A stretch of DNA of 64,000 bases from an uncultured Alphaproteobacteria bacterium (lineage in GTDB: Bacteria; Pseudomonadota; Alphaproteobacteria; ATCC43930; CGMCC-115725). This document shows, piece after piece, positions 18,885-29,804 of this stretch (position 1 is the stretch's first letter; each line of letters begins with the position of its first letter). The stretch is from assembly GCA_963775875.1 (NCBI GenBank), contig CAVZKP010000031.1:29720-93719 (forward strand). The letters run 5' to 3'. The position numbers were made by a program, and so were the translations under genes. The notes under the pieces are model-generated. The model was not told the origin of the DNA and made no database searches. It saw nothing but the letters and a program-made list of their open reading frames with translations.

Positions 18885-19757
18885 TCACCGCGCGGCGGCG
18901 GACCGCTCGATCGCCTCGGCGATCGCCACCACCCGCCGGGCGTTCTCGACATGCAGGTTCTCGACGAGCCTGCCATCGACCAGCACGATGCCTTTGCCGG
19001 CGCCCAGCGCCTGCGCGTAGGCGGCGATGATCCGCCGCGACCAGGCGACCTCTTCGGCGCTCGGCGCAAAGGCGGCGTTGGCCGTTTCGATCTGCTTCGG
19101 GTGGATCAGGGTCTTGCCGTCGAAGCCGAGCTCGCGCCCCTGACGGCAGGCGAACCCGAACCCGTCCTCGTCGGCGAGGTCGAGATGGACCCCGTCGAGC
19201 GCCGCCAGCCCCGCTGCGCGCGCCGCCAACAGGATCAGCCCGAGCGCGCCCAGCAGCGGCCGGCGGTCGCGGGTATCGAGCGCGTGCAGATCCTTGGTCA
19301 AATCGGCGGTGCCGGCGACCAGCGCGGCGAGCCGCGCATCCGCCGCCGCGATGTCGCGCGCGTTCAGCACCCCCGCCGGCGTCTCGACCATGCACCACAG
19401 CGCCAGCCGCCGCGGCGCGCCGAGCGAATCGAGCAGCGCCGCGGCGAGCCGCACCCGGTCGCCGCTCTCGACCTTCGGCAACAGCACCGCGTCGATCGGC
19501 ATCGTCGCCGCGGCGGCCAGATCGGCATGCCCCCACGGGGTGTCGAGGGCGTTGACCCGCAGCACCAGCTCGCGCCCGCCATAGCTTCCGGCGGCCAGGG
19601 CCGCCATCACCGCCGCCCGGCCCTCCTCTTTCGCCGACGGCGCCACCGCGTCTTCGAGATCGAAGATCAGCCCGTCGGCCGGCAAGGCGCGCGCCTTTTC
19701 CAGGGCCCGCGGGTTCGAGCCGGGCATGAACAGAAGGCTGCGGCGTGGGCGAGGCAT
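18885..19757 (-). CDS. HpcH/HpaI aldolase / citrate lyase beta (CitE)-like lyase, possibly acting on malyl-CoA or citramalyl-CoA
   Basis: MPRPRRSLLFMPGSNPRALEKARALPADGLIFDLEDAV...RVNALDTPWG..DL....MPIDAVLLPKVES...WCMVETPAGVLNA..IAA...LAALV.GTADL..DL...DGKTLIHPKQIE. 290 aa and intact. Confidence 0.8.
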   Translation of the reverse strand: MPRPRRSLLFMPGSNPRALEKARALPADGLIFDLEDAVAPSAKEEGRAAVMAALAAGSYGGRELVLRVNALDTPWGHADLAAAATMPIDAVLLPKVESGDRVRLAAALLDSLGAPRRLALWCMVETPAGVLNARDIAAADARLAALVAGTADLTKDLHALDTRDRRPLLGALGLILLAARAAGLAALDGVHLDLADEDGFGFACRQGRELGFDGKTLIHPKQIETANAAFAPSAEEVAWSRRIIAAYAQALGAGKGIVLVDGRLVENLHVENARRVVAIAEAIERSAAAR

Positions 19758-19864
19758 CGGCGGCTCCGGCGTTCGCTTGCCTGGCGATCATAGCAGCAAC
19801 ACCCGCGCGGGCGGCGCAGATCCGTCAGGCCGGCAGCGTCGCGCCAGGCCCGGCGGGCAGGTCG

Positions 19865-20878
19865 GTGGCATGGATCTTGCGGAAACCGCCGCTGGGAGGA
19901 GCCGCTACGCATCAAGGGAGTACCCTGCCGATCGCCGCCCCTCCGATCGCCGCCCCTCCGGCCGCAGCCCGCCCGCTGCCGCTGATCCGCCCGTTTGCCG
20001 CGATCCGGCCCGCGCTTCCGGCGGGGCTGGCCGCCGCCGGCGCCCAGCTGCTGCCCTCGCTGCTGTTCCTCGGCTTCTTCTTTGTCCTGCCGGCGGTGAT
20101 GCTGTTCGCCTACAGCTTTCTGACCCAGTCGGCGCAGGGCACGGTCGGGCTGCCGGTGACCCTCGAACACTACCGGCACTTCTTTGGCACGGCGCTCTAC
20201 GCCCACGTCTTGTGGACCACCCTGGCGATCAGCCTGTGGACCACGGCGGCGGCGGCGCTGCTGGGCTATCCGGTGGCGCTGGTCATGGTGCGCGCCAGCG
20301 CGCTGGCCGCGCGTGCGATCACCATGATCGTCATCGCGCCGCTGATCGTCAGCATCGTGGTGCGGACCTATGGCTGGGAGATCATCCTCGGCAATGGCCC
20401 GACCGGGGTTCTCAACTGGCTGCTGCTGACCACCGGCTTCATCCATCAGCCGCTGCGCCTGCTCTATACCCAGGCGGCGGTGGTGATCGGCTCGCTGCAC
20501 GTATTCTTTCCGCTGATGGTGCTGCCGCTCGCCTCGGCCCTGGGCAAGATCGATCCGTCGCTCGACGAAGCCGCGACCACCCTCGGCGCCACCCAATGGC
20601 GGCGGTTTCGCCGGGTCACCTTGCCGCTGAGCCTGCCCGGGCTCGCGGTCGGCGCCACGCTGGTGTTCTCGCTGACCGCCGGCTCGTTTGTAACACCTGC
20701 CATTCTCGGCGGCACCTCGGCGCAAATGTTGGGCATGCTGGTCGATCAGCAGATCCTGACGGTCTATGACTGGCCGTTCGGCGCCACCGTGGCCTCGGTG
20801 CTGGTCGCCATCGTGCTGGCGATCAACATCGCCTCGATGCGCATGCTCGACCGGCGCCGGCGGTTGCGCGCCCTATGA
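19865..20878 (+). CDS. ABC transporter permease (PotB/spermidine-putrescine-type, binding-protein-dependent family)
   Basis: ORF 19745..20878. LLPSLLFLGFFFVLPAVMLF...IAPLIVSIVVRTYGWEIILG...DPSLDEAATTLGATQWRRFRRVTLPLSLPG is the EAA loop. The start is uncertain (GTG 19865 or TTG 19877). The N-terminus contains a PIAAP-PIAAP repeat from a 2 x 15-bp duplication at 19928-19957. Confidence 0.75.
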   Translation: MAWILRKPPLGGAATHQGSTLPIAAPPIAAPPAAARPLPLIRPFAAIRPALPAGLAAAGAQLLPSLLFLGFFFVLPAVMLFAYSFLTQSAQGTVGLPVTLEHYRHFFGTALYAHVLWTTLAISLWTTAAAALLGYPVALVMVRASALAARAITMIVIAPLIVSIVVRTYGWEIILGNGPTGVLNWLLLTTGFIHQPLRLLYTQAAVVIGSLHVFFPLMVLPLASALGKIDPSLDEAATTLGATQWRRFRRVTLPLSLPGLAVGATLVFSLTAGSFVTPAILGGTSAQMLGMLVDQQILTVYDWPFGATVASVLVAIVLAINIASMRMLDRRRRLRAL

Positions 20879-20914
20879 GCAGCCGGTTGCGCGGGACCGC
20901 TCGCCTGGCTGCTG

Positions 20915-21679
20915 GTGCTGGTCACCGCGGCGATGCTGATCTTCACCCTGGCGCCGCTCGTGGTAACCGTCGCGATTTCGTTTAGCGACACCGCCTTTGT
21001 CGTCTTCCCGCCGCGCGGCTTCACCCTGCGGTGGTACGGGCAGGTGCTGCACGACCCCGATTTTCTGAATTCGCTGACCTTCAGCACCGGGCTGGCGCTG
21101 ATGGCGACCGCCGGAGCGTTGCTGCTCGGGGTTCCGGCCGCCTTTGCCGTGGTCCGCGGCCGGTTTCCCGGGCGCGACGCGGTCGCCGCGGTGCTGCTGG
21201 CGCCGCTGATCTTCCCGGTGCTGATCACCGGCGTCGCCCTGTTGCAGCTATTCGCGATGCTGCGCTCCGACAATGCCGCGATCAACCTGTTGATCGCCCA
21301 TGTGCTGGTCACCACGCCCTATGTCGTGCGCACCGTCACGGCGAGCCTGAGCCTGGCCGACATTACCCTCGAAGAGGCGGCGCGAACCCTGGGCGCGGCC
21401 CGCTGGCGGGTGCTGCGCCGCATCACCATGCCGCAGATCGCCCCCGGTCTGGCCGCCGGCGCGCTGTTCGCCTTCATGGTGTCGTTCGACAATTTCCCGA
21501 TCTCGCTGTGGCTCGCCGATGCTCAGCACAACCCGGTGCCGTTGCTGATCTTTCAGCGGATCTCCGCGGTTTTCGAGCCGTCGGTGGCGGCGATGTCGAC
21601 CCTGCTGATCGGCTTTGCCATGGCGGTCGTGCTGGTGGTCGAGCGGGTGGCCGGTCTGCGCCGCGGGCTGGCGATGTAG
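20915..21679 (+). CDS. ABC transporter permease (PotC-type); the 5' end is probably disrupted
   Basis: LVTAAMLIFTLAPLVVTVAISFSD...LEEAARTLGAARWRVLRRITMPQIAPG is the EAA loop. An ATG at 20875 overlaps the upstream stop (ATGA) and would give MSSRLRG + PLAWLLVLVTAAM..., but only if one nucleotide near 20896 is removed. Confidence 0.75.
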   Translation: MLVTAAMLIFTLAPLVVTVAISFSDTAFVVFPPRGFTLRWYGQVLHDPDFLNSLTFSTGLALMATAGALLLGVPAAFAVVRGRFPGRDAVAAVLLAPLIFPVLITGVALLQLFAMLRSDNAAINLLIAHVLVTTPYVVRTVTASLSLADITLEEAARTLGAARWRVLRRITMPQIAPGLAAGALFAFMVSFDNFPISLWLADAQHNPVPLLIFQRISAVFEPSVAAMSTLLIGFAMAVVLVVERVAGLRRGLAM

Positions 21680-21698
21680 CGTCACAAGGAGGAACCGA

Positions 21699-22763
21699 TT
21701 GAGCACAAAAATCAGACGCCGCGCAGTATTGGGCGGCGCCGCGGCCCTTGCCGCTCCATTGATCCTCGGGCGTCGTGGCCACGCCGCCGAACGCTCGATC
21801 ACGGTCGGCATCTATACCGGCCCGCAAGGCGATTACGTCCGGCAGAAAATCATTCCGCCATTCGAGGCCAAGCACAACTGCAAGGTCTACACCACCCTCG
21901 GCGTGACCCTCGAGCAGATTGCCGCATTGCGCGCCACCCGCAACAACCCGCGCTACAGCGTCATGTTCGTCGACGATGTCGGGGTCGCGCTCGGCAAGAG
22001 CGAGGGGCTGATGGAAAAGCTGCCCGAGGACAAAATCCCCAATATGCAGCGGCTATTGAAGCGCTTTCATTTCTATGACGGCTATGGCGCCGGCTTTGCC
22101 ATGTCGATGGCCAGCCTCGCCTACGCCACCCAAAGCATCAAGCCGCTCGAAAGCTACGCCGAGCTGTGGGACGCGAAATTTCGCCAGCGCTTTCTGATGG
22201 AGACGCCAAAGGCGACGCAGAGCATCTATCTGCTTGATCGCCGCGGTCACCCTCGAAACCGGCAAGCCCTATGCCCAGGCGCAATATCTGATCGACCAGG
22301 CCTGGCCGAAAATGGCCGCGCTGAAGCCCAATGTGCTCAGCATCTTCGAAAACGAAACCGCGGTGATGCAGCTGATCCAGGGCCAGGCCGACGTCGCCGG
22401 CCTGTTCTATTCGAAGAGCGTCAACCCCTACACGGTAAAGGGCGCGCCGGTGGCCATGTGCTATCCGCGCGAGGGCACCTTCGCCGGGATCAACACCCTG
22501 ACCCTGGTCAAGAACGCGCCCGACCGCGAACTCGGCATCGCCTTTATCGATTGGATGCTCGACCCGGGGGTGCAGCACGGGCTGGCCGAGGCGAGCCTCG
22601 CGGCGCCGACCATCAGTGGCCTGGAGTTCAAACCGGATGTCGCAAAATACATCGCTTATCCCGAAAGCAAGATGGACGAGATGGGGATTTTCAGCCCCGA
22701 CTGGACCTTCATCAATCCGATCCGGCCCAAGCTCCTCGAAAAGTACAACCAGGTCTTCGAATC

Positions 22764-22767
<4 letters not shown>
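21699..22767 (+). pseudogene. ABC transporter periplasmic substrate-binding protein (PotD/PotF-like), one frameshift as assembled
   Basis: The TTG start follows AAGGAGGAA. The N-terminus has a Tat/Sec-like signal, STKIRRRAVLGGAAALAAPLILG. Frame 1 runs to ...KATQSIYLL. Frame 2 continues IAAVTLETGKPYAQAQYLIDQAWPKM...TFINPIRPKLLEKYNQVFES. The junction is near 22235. Confidence 0.8.
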
Positions 22768-23866
<1,099 letters not shown>

Positions 23867-23977
23867 CCCCTCTCGCCGCAGCCGCGTCATAACCGGTTGC
23901 GATCGGCGCCGACCGGCGTGCATTGTCTCGCCACGGCTCGCAAGCGGGCCGGAACGCGGCAGTCGGAGGGGTTGGGT

Positions 23978-24418
23978 ATGGCCGAAACGAGCCGGAGGCC
24001 GGAGCCGGGCGATCCAGCCTTCTGGTCCTGGCTCGGCTTTTGGGCCCAGTTCGTGGTGCTCGGCCTCTGCGTCGTGATCGGCGCGTTCGCCGCCAGCCAG
24101 GCCGCATCGCCCGGCGATTACGGTAGCGGGATCGTGCTGATCCTGGGCGCGCTGGCGCTCGCTTTCTTGCGGCTGAAGCAACGGTTCGACGGCGGCGCCG
24201 CGGGCTGGCGCGATTTTCTGCTGGTCGACGACATGACCAATTTGACGGTGGCGATCCCGCTCTTCGCGGTGATCGGGCTGGCCGGCCTGTTCGTCGCCCG
24301 CGCCTGGCCCGATGGCAGTCTGCACGATGCCGGGCTCGGTCTGTTCGTGGTCAGCGGCGTCATCGTCTTTCTCAACATCAAGCGCGTCTTCGACCGCATC
24401 AATTCGCACACCCATTGA
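23978..24418 (+). CDS. hypothetical integral membrane protein (about 4 predicted TM segments)
   Basis: ATG 23978 follows GGAGGGG. Hydrophobic stretches are FWSWLGFWAQFVVLGLCVVIGAFAA, GIVLILGALALAFL, LTVAIPLFAVIGLAGLFVA and GLGLFVVSGVIVFL. I recognise no family. Confidence 0.55.
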   Translation: MAETSRRPEPGDPAFWSWLGFWAQFVVLGLCVVIGAFAASQAASPGDYGSGIVLILGALALAFLRLKQRFDGGAAGWRDFLLVDDMTNLTVAIPLFAVIGLAGLFVARAWPDGSLHDAGLGLFVVSGVIVFLNIKRVFDRINSHTH

Positions 24419-24467
24419 GATGCCGGCCTGAGATGCCCGTCTGAGACGCCCGCCTGAGATGCCGGCG
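24416..24467. repeat. 4 x 13-bp tandem repeat (TGAGATGCCSGYC) spanning a stop codon and the next start codon
   Basis: tgagatgccggcc / tgagatgcccgtc / tgagacgcccgcc / tgagatgccggcg at 24416, 24429, 24442 and 24455. The first TGA is the stop of the membrane protein. The ATG in the fourth unit (24459) is the pdxY start. Confidence 0.9.
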
Positions 24468-25301
24468 GTCCTTTCGATCCAGTCCTGGGTGGCCTGCGGC
24501 GCGGTCGGCAATTGCGCGGCCTTGTTTCCGCTGCAGCGCCTGGGGATCGAGACCTGGTCGCTGAACACCGTCGCCTTTTCCAACCATACCGGCTACGGCA
24601 AATGGCGCGGCGAAGCGATCCCGGCGCGGGTGATCGCCGCCCTGTTCGAGGGCATCGCCGAGCTGGGGGTGCTGCCGCGCTGCGACGCGGTGCTGTCGGG
24701 CTATCTCGGCGAGCCCGAAATCGGGCCGCTGCTGCTCGATATCGTCGCGCGGGTCAAACAGGCCAACCCGCGGGCGCTTTACTGCTGCGACCCGGTGATG
24801 GGCGATGTCGGGCCGGGCTGGTATGTCCGCGCCGGCATCCCCGAATTCTACCGCGACCGCGCGCTCGCCCTGGCCGACATCGCCACCCCCAACCGTTTCG
24901 AGCTCGAATGGCTGACCGGCCGGCCGATCGGCAGCGTCGCCGAAGCCGGCGAGGCGGCCGCGGCGTTGCGCCGGCTGGGACCCGGCATCGTCCTGGTGAC
25001 CAGCCTTGAAACCGCGGCCGACCGGCTGGCCGTGGTCGCCGCCGGCGCCGACGGGGCGTGGGCGGTCGAAACCCCGCGCCTGCCGATCGAGGCCACCGGC
25101 TGCGGCGACGCGCTCGCCGCCCTCTTTCTCGGCTGGCTGCTGAAGGGAAAGCCGCTGCCCGAGGCGCTGGCCGCGACCGTCGCCGCGATCTGGGGCGTGG
25201 TCGAGGCCACATTCCAGGCCGGCGGCGGCGAACTGGCGCTGATCGCCGCCCAGGACGAGCTTGTCAGTCCCAGCCGGGTCCTGCTGCCGCAAAAACTGTA
25301 A
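24459..25301 (+). CDS. pdxY: pyridoxal kinase PdxY
   Basis: [46 protein letters not shown]...DAVLSGYLG...YCCDPVMGD...ADIATPN.FELE.LTG...[12 protein letters not shown]. 280 aa. Confidence 0.85.
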   Translation: MPAVLSIQSWVACGAVGNCAALFPLQRLGIETWSLNTVAFSNHTGYGKWRGEAIPARVIAALFEGIAELGVLPRCDAVLSGYLGEPEIGPLLLDIVARVKQANPRALYCCDPVMGDVGPGWYVRAGIPEFYRDRALALADIATPNRFELEWLTGRPIGSVAEAGEAAAALRRLGPGIVLVTSLETAADRLAVVAAGADGAWAVETPRLPIEATGCGDALAALFLGWLLKGKPLPEALAATVAAIWGVVEATFQAGGGELALIAAQDELVSPSRVLLPQKL

Positions 25302-25320
25302 AACCGAAGGGAATCGAGCC

Positions 25321-26088
25321 ATGCAAACGCCGCCGAAAATCGCCGTCGTCACCGGAGCCGGCAGCGGCATCGGCCGCGCCTCGGCGCTGGCTTTGATCGA
25401 GGCCGGGTTCGCCGTGGTCTTGGCCGGTCGCCGGGCCAACATGCTCGAAGAAACCGCTTCCCTGGCCGGGCCTGCTCCCGATGCCGCGCCGCACACCCTG
25501 GTCGTGCCGACCGACGTCGCCGATCCGGCGGCGATCGCGGCGCTGTTCGATAAGGTCAAAAGCACCTACGGCCGCATCGACCTGCTGTTCAACAACGCCG
25601 GCATCAGCACCCGCGGCATCCCGTTCGAGGATCTGACCCTCGAGCAGTGGACGAATGTCGTCGCGGTCAATCTGACCGGGTCGTTCCTGTGCGCGCAGCA
25701 CGCCTTTCGCATGATGAAAAGCCAGGACCCGCGGGGCGGCCGGATCATCAACAACGGTTCGGTCTCGGCCCATGTGCCGCGGCGCAACTCCACCCCCTAT
25801 GTCGCGACCAAGCACGCGCTGACCGGCCTGACCCGCTCGCTGTCGCTCGACGGCCGCGAATACGACATCGCCTGCGGCCAGATCGACATCGGCAACGCCG
25901 CCACCAGCCGCAACGAGGACACCGCGCGCGGCCGGCTGCAGGCGACCGGAAAAGTCGAGGCCGAGCCGCGCATCGATGTCGCGCACGTCGCCCGCGGCGT
26001 GGTCTACATGGCCACCCTGCCGCTCGAAGCCAACGTCCAGTTCATGACGGTGATGGCCACCAAGATGCCCTATATCGGCCGCGGCTGA
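25321..26088 (+). CDS. SDR-family oxidoreductase
   Basis: [20 protein letters not shown] (TGxxxGIG), NNAGI and Y-x-x-x-K (PYVATKHAL). Starts at ATG 25321 within ORF 25261..26088. Confidence 0.85.
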   Translation: MQTPPKIAVVTGAGSGIGRASALALIEAGFAVVLAGRRANMLEETASLAGPAPDAAPHTLVVPTDVADPAAIAALFDKVKSTYGRIDLLFNNAGISTRGIPFEDLTLEQWTNVVAVNLTGSFLCAQHAFRMMKSQDPRGGRIINNGSVSAHVPRRNSTPYVATKHALTGLTRSLSLDGREYDIACGQIDIGNAATSRNEDTARGRLQATGKVEAEPRIDVAHVARGVVYMATLPLEANVQFMTVMATKMPYIGRG

Positions 26089-26460
26089 CCCGGCCGCCGC
26101 ACCGCGCGGATGGCGAATTGGCAACGGCGCATTCGGGCGCAATCCGGTCCGAACAAGCCGCGAATCCGCCGATCTGGCCAAAAACCACGCGGAAATCCGG
26201 CCAATCTGCCTAGTAAATAGTCAGCTGTGGCAATCCGCCACTACCGGATTGACATCCCCCATTGCTGCGCCGCAAGAGGTGATCTCGTGGGTTTCCGCGC
26301 AACCAGACAGTTTGTGCTCTGGGGCGCGGCGCAGAGCCCCTGCGTTGGTATGGGGTTTGCGTCGGCGAAGCCCGCAATAGGGTCGGTGGTGAGTGCCGAT
26401 CGCCTGCCGAGATCATGCGCCCGTCCACAGTGGAATGACAATTCGAAAGGCTCTCTTCAG

Positions 26461-27779
26461 ATGAACAACATCAAGAAAAGCAGCATCTCGGGCGCCGCCC
26501 TCGCCGCAGCCTTGCTCGGCGTCGGCTCAGCCTGCGCATGGGCCGACCAGCTCGCCCAGGCCCCGCTCGCGCCACCGCCGCCCGCCGTGGCCCCGGCGTC
26601 GGGCGTCCTGCCGCCGGGGCCACCCGGCCCGGTCGCTCCGGCCGCGGCCGCGGCCCCGGCAGCGCCGACCTCGCCGCTGATCGGGCCGACGATCACCGGC
26701 CCGCTGGCGATCCAGCTGCCGCCGCCCAAATACACCCTCGGTCCGCTTGGCGACATTTATGTGGACGGCATCGGCAGCGGTCTCGGCCAGTGGCAGAACA
26801 ATCCATTCCCCGGCAACCGCAGCTGGGAGCCGGATCTGTCGAACGGCCAGCTCTTCGTCCAGAAGACCGACGGCATCTTCCAGTTTTACGTCGCAGGCCG
26901 GCGCCTACTCGCTCGCCTCGTTGGGAACGCCGTACATCTCGGCGGCGGAGGCGACCTTTGGCTACCAGGTGCCGGCATTTCAGACCGGGACCGGGAATTT
27001 GTGGGGCTGGTTCCCGCAGCGGCTTACGCCAAGATCGTCGCCGACCGAGCAATCTTCTCGATCGAGGGCGGCAAGCTCCCGACCCTGATCGGCGCCGAGT
27101 ACGCATTTTCCTTTCAGAACATAAACATCGAACGTGGCTTGCTGTTTGGAACCAGGAACCGACGTTCAGCAAGGGCGGCCAGGTCAACTACACGATCGGC
27201 CCAGTCGCCTTGTCGCTGTCCTTCACCGACGGCTTTGATTCCGGCGTCTACAATTGGGTCACCGGCTCCGCCACCTACACCTTGAACAGCGCCAATACCT
27301 TCGAGTTCGCCGCCGGCGGCAACGCCGGAAAGACCAGTGTTTTTACCTTGCGGACCCCGCTGCTGCAGAACAACTCGCAGATCTACAACCTGATCTACAC
27401 CTATAATTCGGATCCGTGGATCATCCAGCCCTATTTCCAGGCGACCCATGTCGCGGCCGATCCGGGGATCGGCATTGCGTCCAGTGCGTCGACCTTTGGC
27501 GGCGCGATCCTCGCCAATTACGATCTGGGTTCCGGGTTCAATCTGGGCGGCCGGATCGAATATATCGGCTCGACCGGCAGCAACAGCCTGCTCTACGGTC
27601 CAGGGAGCGGGGCCTTTTCGGCGACGATTACCCCGACCTTTCAGTGGCAATACTACTTCGCCCGCGCCGAGTTTTCCTGGGTCAAGGCCAATGGCGTCAC
27701 CGCCGGGCTCGGGCTCGGCCCGAACTTCAACGGCAATTCGCAGACCAGGGTGATGGTCGAAACCGGCATCCTGTTCTGA
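26461..27779 (+). pseudogene. outer-membrane beta-barrel porin with Pro-rich N-terminal extension, three frameshifts as assembled
   Basis: The signal peptide is MNNIKKSSISGAALAAALLGVGSACAWA. Alternating beta-strand sequence ends in ...NSQTRVMVETGILF with a terminal aromatic residue. The frame switches near 26893, 27005 (G4 run) and 27146 (T3 run); the first two compensate each other. The porin subfamily is not assigned. Confidence 0.7.
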
Positions 27780-27961
27780 GCCGGCCGGCAGCGGCGGCGC
27801 CCGATCGGCCGGGCGCGCGCCTGACCGCAATCGGGCGAGCAGCGGCCACAGCTTCGCGCCCCCTCGGGTATTCGGGCCAGGACCTTTGCAGCGGGCCGGG
27901 GATCGCCCAATATGTCAAAGCCGGTCCGCTTCCCGCCCGGCGGCGCGATGAAAGGCCCCGC

Positions 27962-28627
27962 GTGCCCGATCTGGTCATTTTCGATTGCGACGGCGTCCTC
28001 GTCGACAGCGAAATCATCTTTGCCCGCATCCTGGCCGAGTGCCTGACCGCGGCGGATTTTCCGGCGACCGCCGATGAGGCGCTGCGGCTCGGCTTCGGCC
28101 GGAACCGCGACACGCTGAGCGCCGCGGTCGAAGCCCGTTTCGGGACGGCGCTGCCGGACGGTTTCTTCGAGACGATGCGCGCGCAGACCGCGATCGCCCT
28201 CGAACGCGAACTGGTGCCGATGCCCGGGGTCGAGGCATTGCTGGGCGCGCTGCCGGCGGCGCGCTGCGTCGCCTCGAACGGCCATCTCGAGCGGGTGCGC
28301 GAGCGGCTGTCACTGACCGGGCTGCTGCGCTTTTTCGATCCGCATGTGTTCAGCGCGACCCAGGTCGCCTCCGGCAAGCCGGCGCCCGACCTGTTCCTGC
28401 TGGCCGCGCGCCAGCTCGGCGCGATGCCCTCCGGCTGCACCGTCGTCGAGGACAGCGTGATCGGCGTCGCCGCCGCGGTCGCCGCCGGCATGCCGGTCGT
28501 CGGATTTTGCGGCGGCAGCCATTGCGCCGGGGATCACGCCGAGCAGCTGCGCGCCGCCGGATGCTCGCGGGTGTTCGCGCGAATGCCCGATCTCGCCGCC
28601 TTCCTGTGCGAGGACCGATGCGGCTGA
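27962..28627 (+). CDS. HAD-IA family hydrolase (phosphatase/phosphomutase-like)
   Basis: GTG 27962. LVIFDCDGVLVDSE is the DxDG motif I. Also SNGHLERV..., SGKPAPDLFL (motif III Lys) and VVEDSVIGVAAAVAAGM (motif IV). Confidence 0.8.
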   Translation: MPDLVIFDCDGVLVDSEIIFARILAECLTAADFPATADEALRLGFGRNRDTLSAAVEARFGTALPDGFFETMRAQTAIALERELVPMPGVEALLGALPAARCVASNGHLERVRERLSLTGLLRFFDPHVFSATQVASGKPAPDLFLLAARQLGAMPSGCTVVEDSVIGVAAAVAAGMPVVGFCGGSHCAGDHAEQLRAAGCSRVFARMPDLAAFLCEDRCG

Positions 28628-29445
28628 TCCAGATCACCGATACCCATCTGAGCCGGGGCAAGCCGCATTTTGCCGACAATTGGCCGCCGCTCGCCCGGTG
28701 GATCGGCGAGCAACGCCCGGATCTGGTGATCCACACCGGCGACGTGACGGTCGACGGGGCTGAGATCGAGGACGATCTGGCCTATGCCGCCGGGCTGTTG
28801 CGCGATCTGGGGGTGCGCTGGCTCGCCGTCCCCGGCAACCACGATGTCGGCGATGCCGACCATCCGCGCCAGCCGGTCGACGCCGCGCGCCTGGCCCGCT
28901 GGCGCGCGCATCTCGGGCCGGACCGTTGGATCGAGGATCTCGCCGGCGCCGCGGGCTGGCGCCTGATCGGGCTCGACGCCATGCTGCTCGGCAGCGGCCT
29001 GGCGGAAGAGGCGGCGCAGGAAGCCTGGCTCGACGCGGCCATGGCCGGGGCCGAAGGCCGCCCGGTCGCATGGTTTCTGCACAAGCCGCTCTATCTCGAC
29101 GACGCCGAGGAAGCCGATACCGGCTACTGGTCGGTCAAGCCGCAGCCGCGCGCCCGGCTGATCGCCCGGTTGCGGCGCCATCGGGTAGGGCTGGTCGCCA
29201 GCGGCCACCTGCACAAGGCAGCGCAGAGGGTGGGGCAGGGGACCCGGTTCGTCTGGGCCCCGGCTTCGAGCTTTCTGGTCGGCGACATGCAGCCGGCGAT
29301 GCCGGGCGACAAGCGGCTCGGCGCCGTCCTCTACGAATTCGACGGGGCAGGGGTTTCGGCCCAGATCGCCGAAGTCCCAGGTCTGTCGCAGCACTGGCTC
29401 GACGACGTGATCGCCGAAGTCTACCCGCGCCCGCCACAGCGATGA
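28618..29445 (+). CDS. metallophosphoesterase (calcineurin-like) family protein
   Basis: MRLIQITDTHL, VIHTGDVT, PGNHD and ASGHLH are the four metal-ligand motifs. The ATG overlaps the HAD gene end by 10 nt. Confidence 0.8.
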   Translation: MRLIQITDTHLSRGKPHFADNWPPLARWIGEQRPDLVIHTGDVTVDGAEIEDDLAYAAGLLRDLGVRWLAVPGNHDVGDADHPRQPVDAARLARWRAHLGPDRWIEDLAGAAGWRLIGLDAMLLGSGLAEEAAQEAWLDAAMAGAEGRPVAWFLHKPLYLDDAEEADTGYWSVKPQPRARLIARLRRHRVGLVASGHLHKAAQRVGQGTRFVWAPASSFLVGDMQPAMPGDKRLGAVLYEFDGAGVSAQIAEVPGLSQHWLDDVIAEVYPRPPQR

Positions 29446-29534
29446 CGCCCCGCACCGGCCGACGAAACCTCGTGGACTGATCCCATCGCGGCCGATATAG
29501 TCATATCTTCCTTACCGGTCATGGAGGATGATCA

Positions 29535-29804
29535 ATGACCTCCTTTTCGACCATCTCGGCGTCCGAGTTCAAGGCCAAATGCCTCGACCTTCTGGACCAG
29601 CTGGCAGCCCGTAAGCTGACCCGCCTGCGCATCACCAAGCGCGGTCGGCTCGTCGCCGTCGTCACGCCGCCTGACGATCAGGGCGCGCTGCGGGAGCTGC
29701 ACGGTTTCATGCGGGGGAGCGTCGTCGCGCCCGAAGGGTTCGACTTCACCGCCCCCGCCCTAGACGAACCGCTGACCGCCGAGCAGGGGCGTATTTACGA
29801 TTGA
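29535..29804 (+). CDS. type II antitoxin, Phd/YefM family
   Basis: MTSFSTISASEFKAKCLDLLDQLAARKLTRLRITKRGRLVAVVTPPDD. 89 aa, with GGAGGATGATCA before the ATG. It overlaps the downstream PIN gene. Confidence 0.75.
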   Translation: MTSFSTISASEFKAKCLDLLDQLAARKLTRLRITKRGRLVAVVTPPDDQGALRELHGFMRGSVVAPEGFDFTAPALDEPLTAEQGRIYD

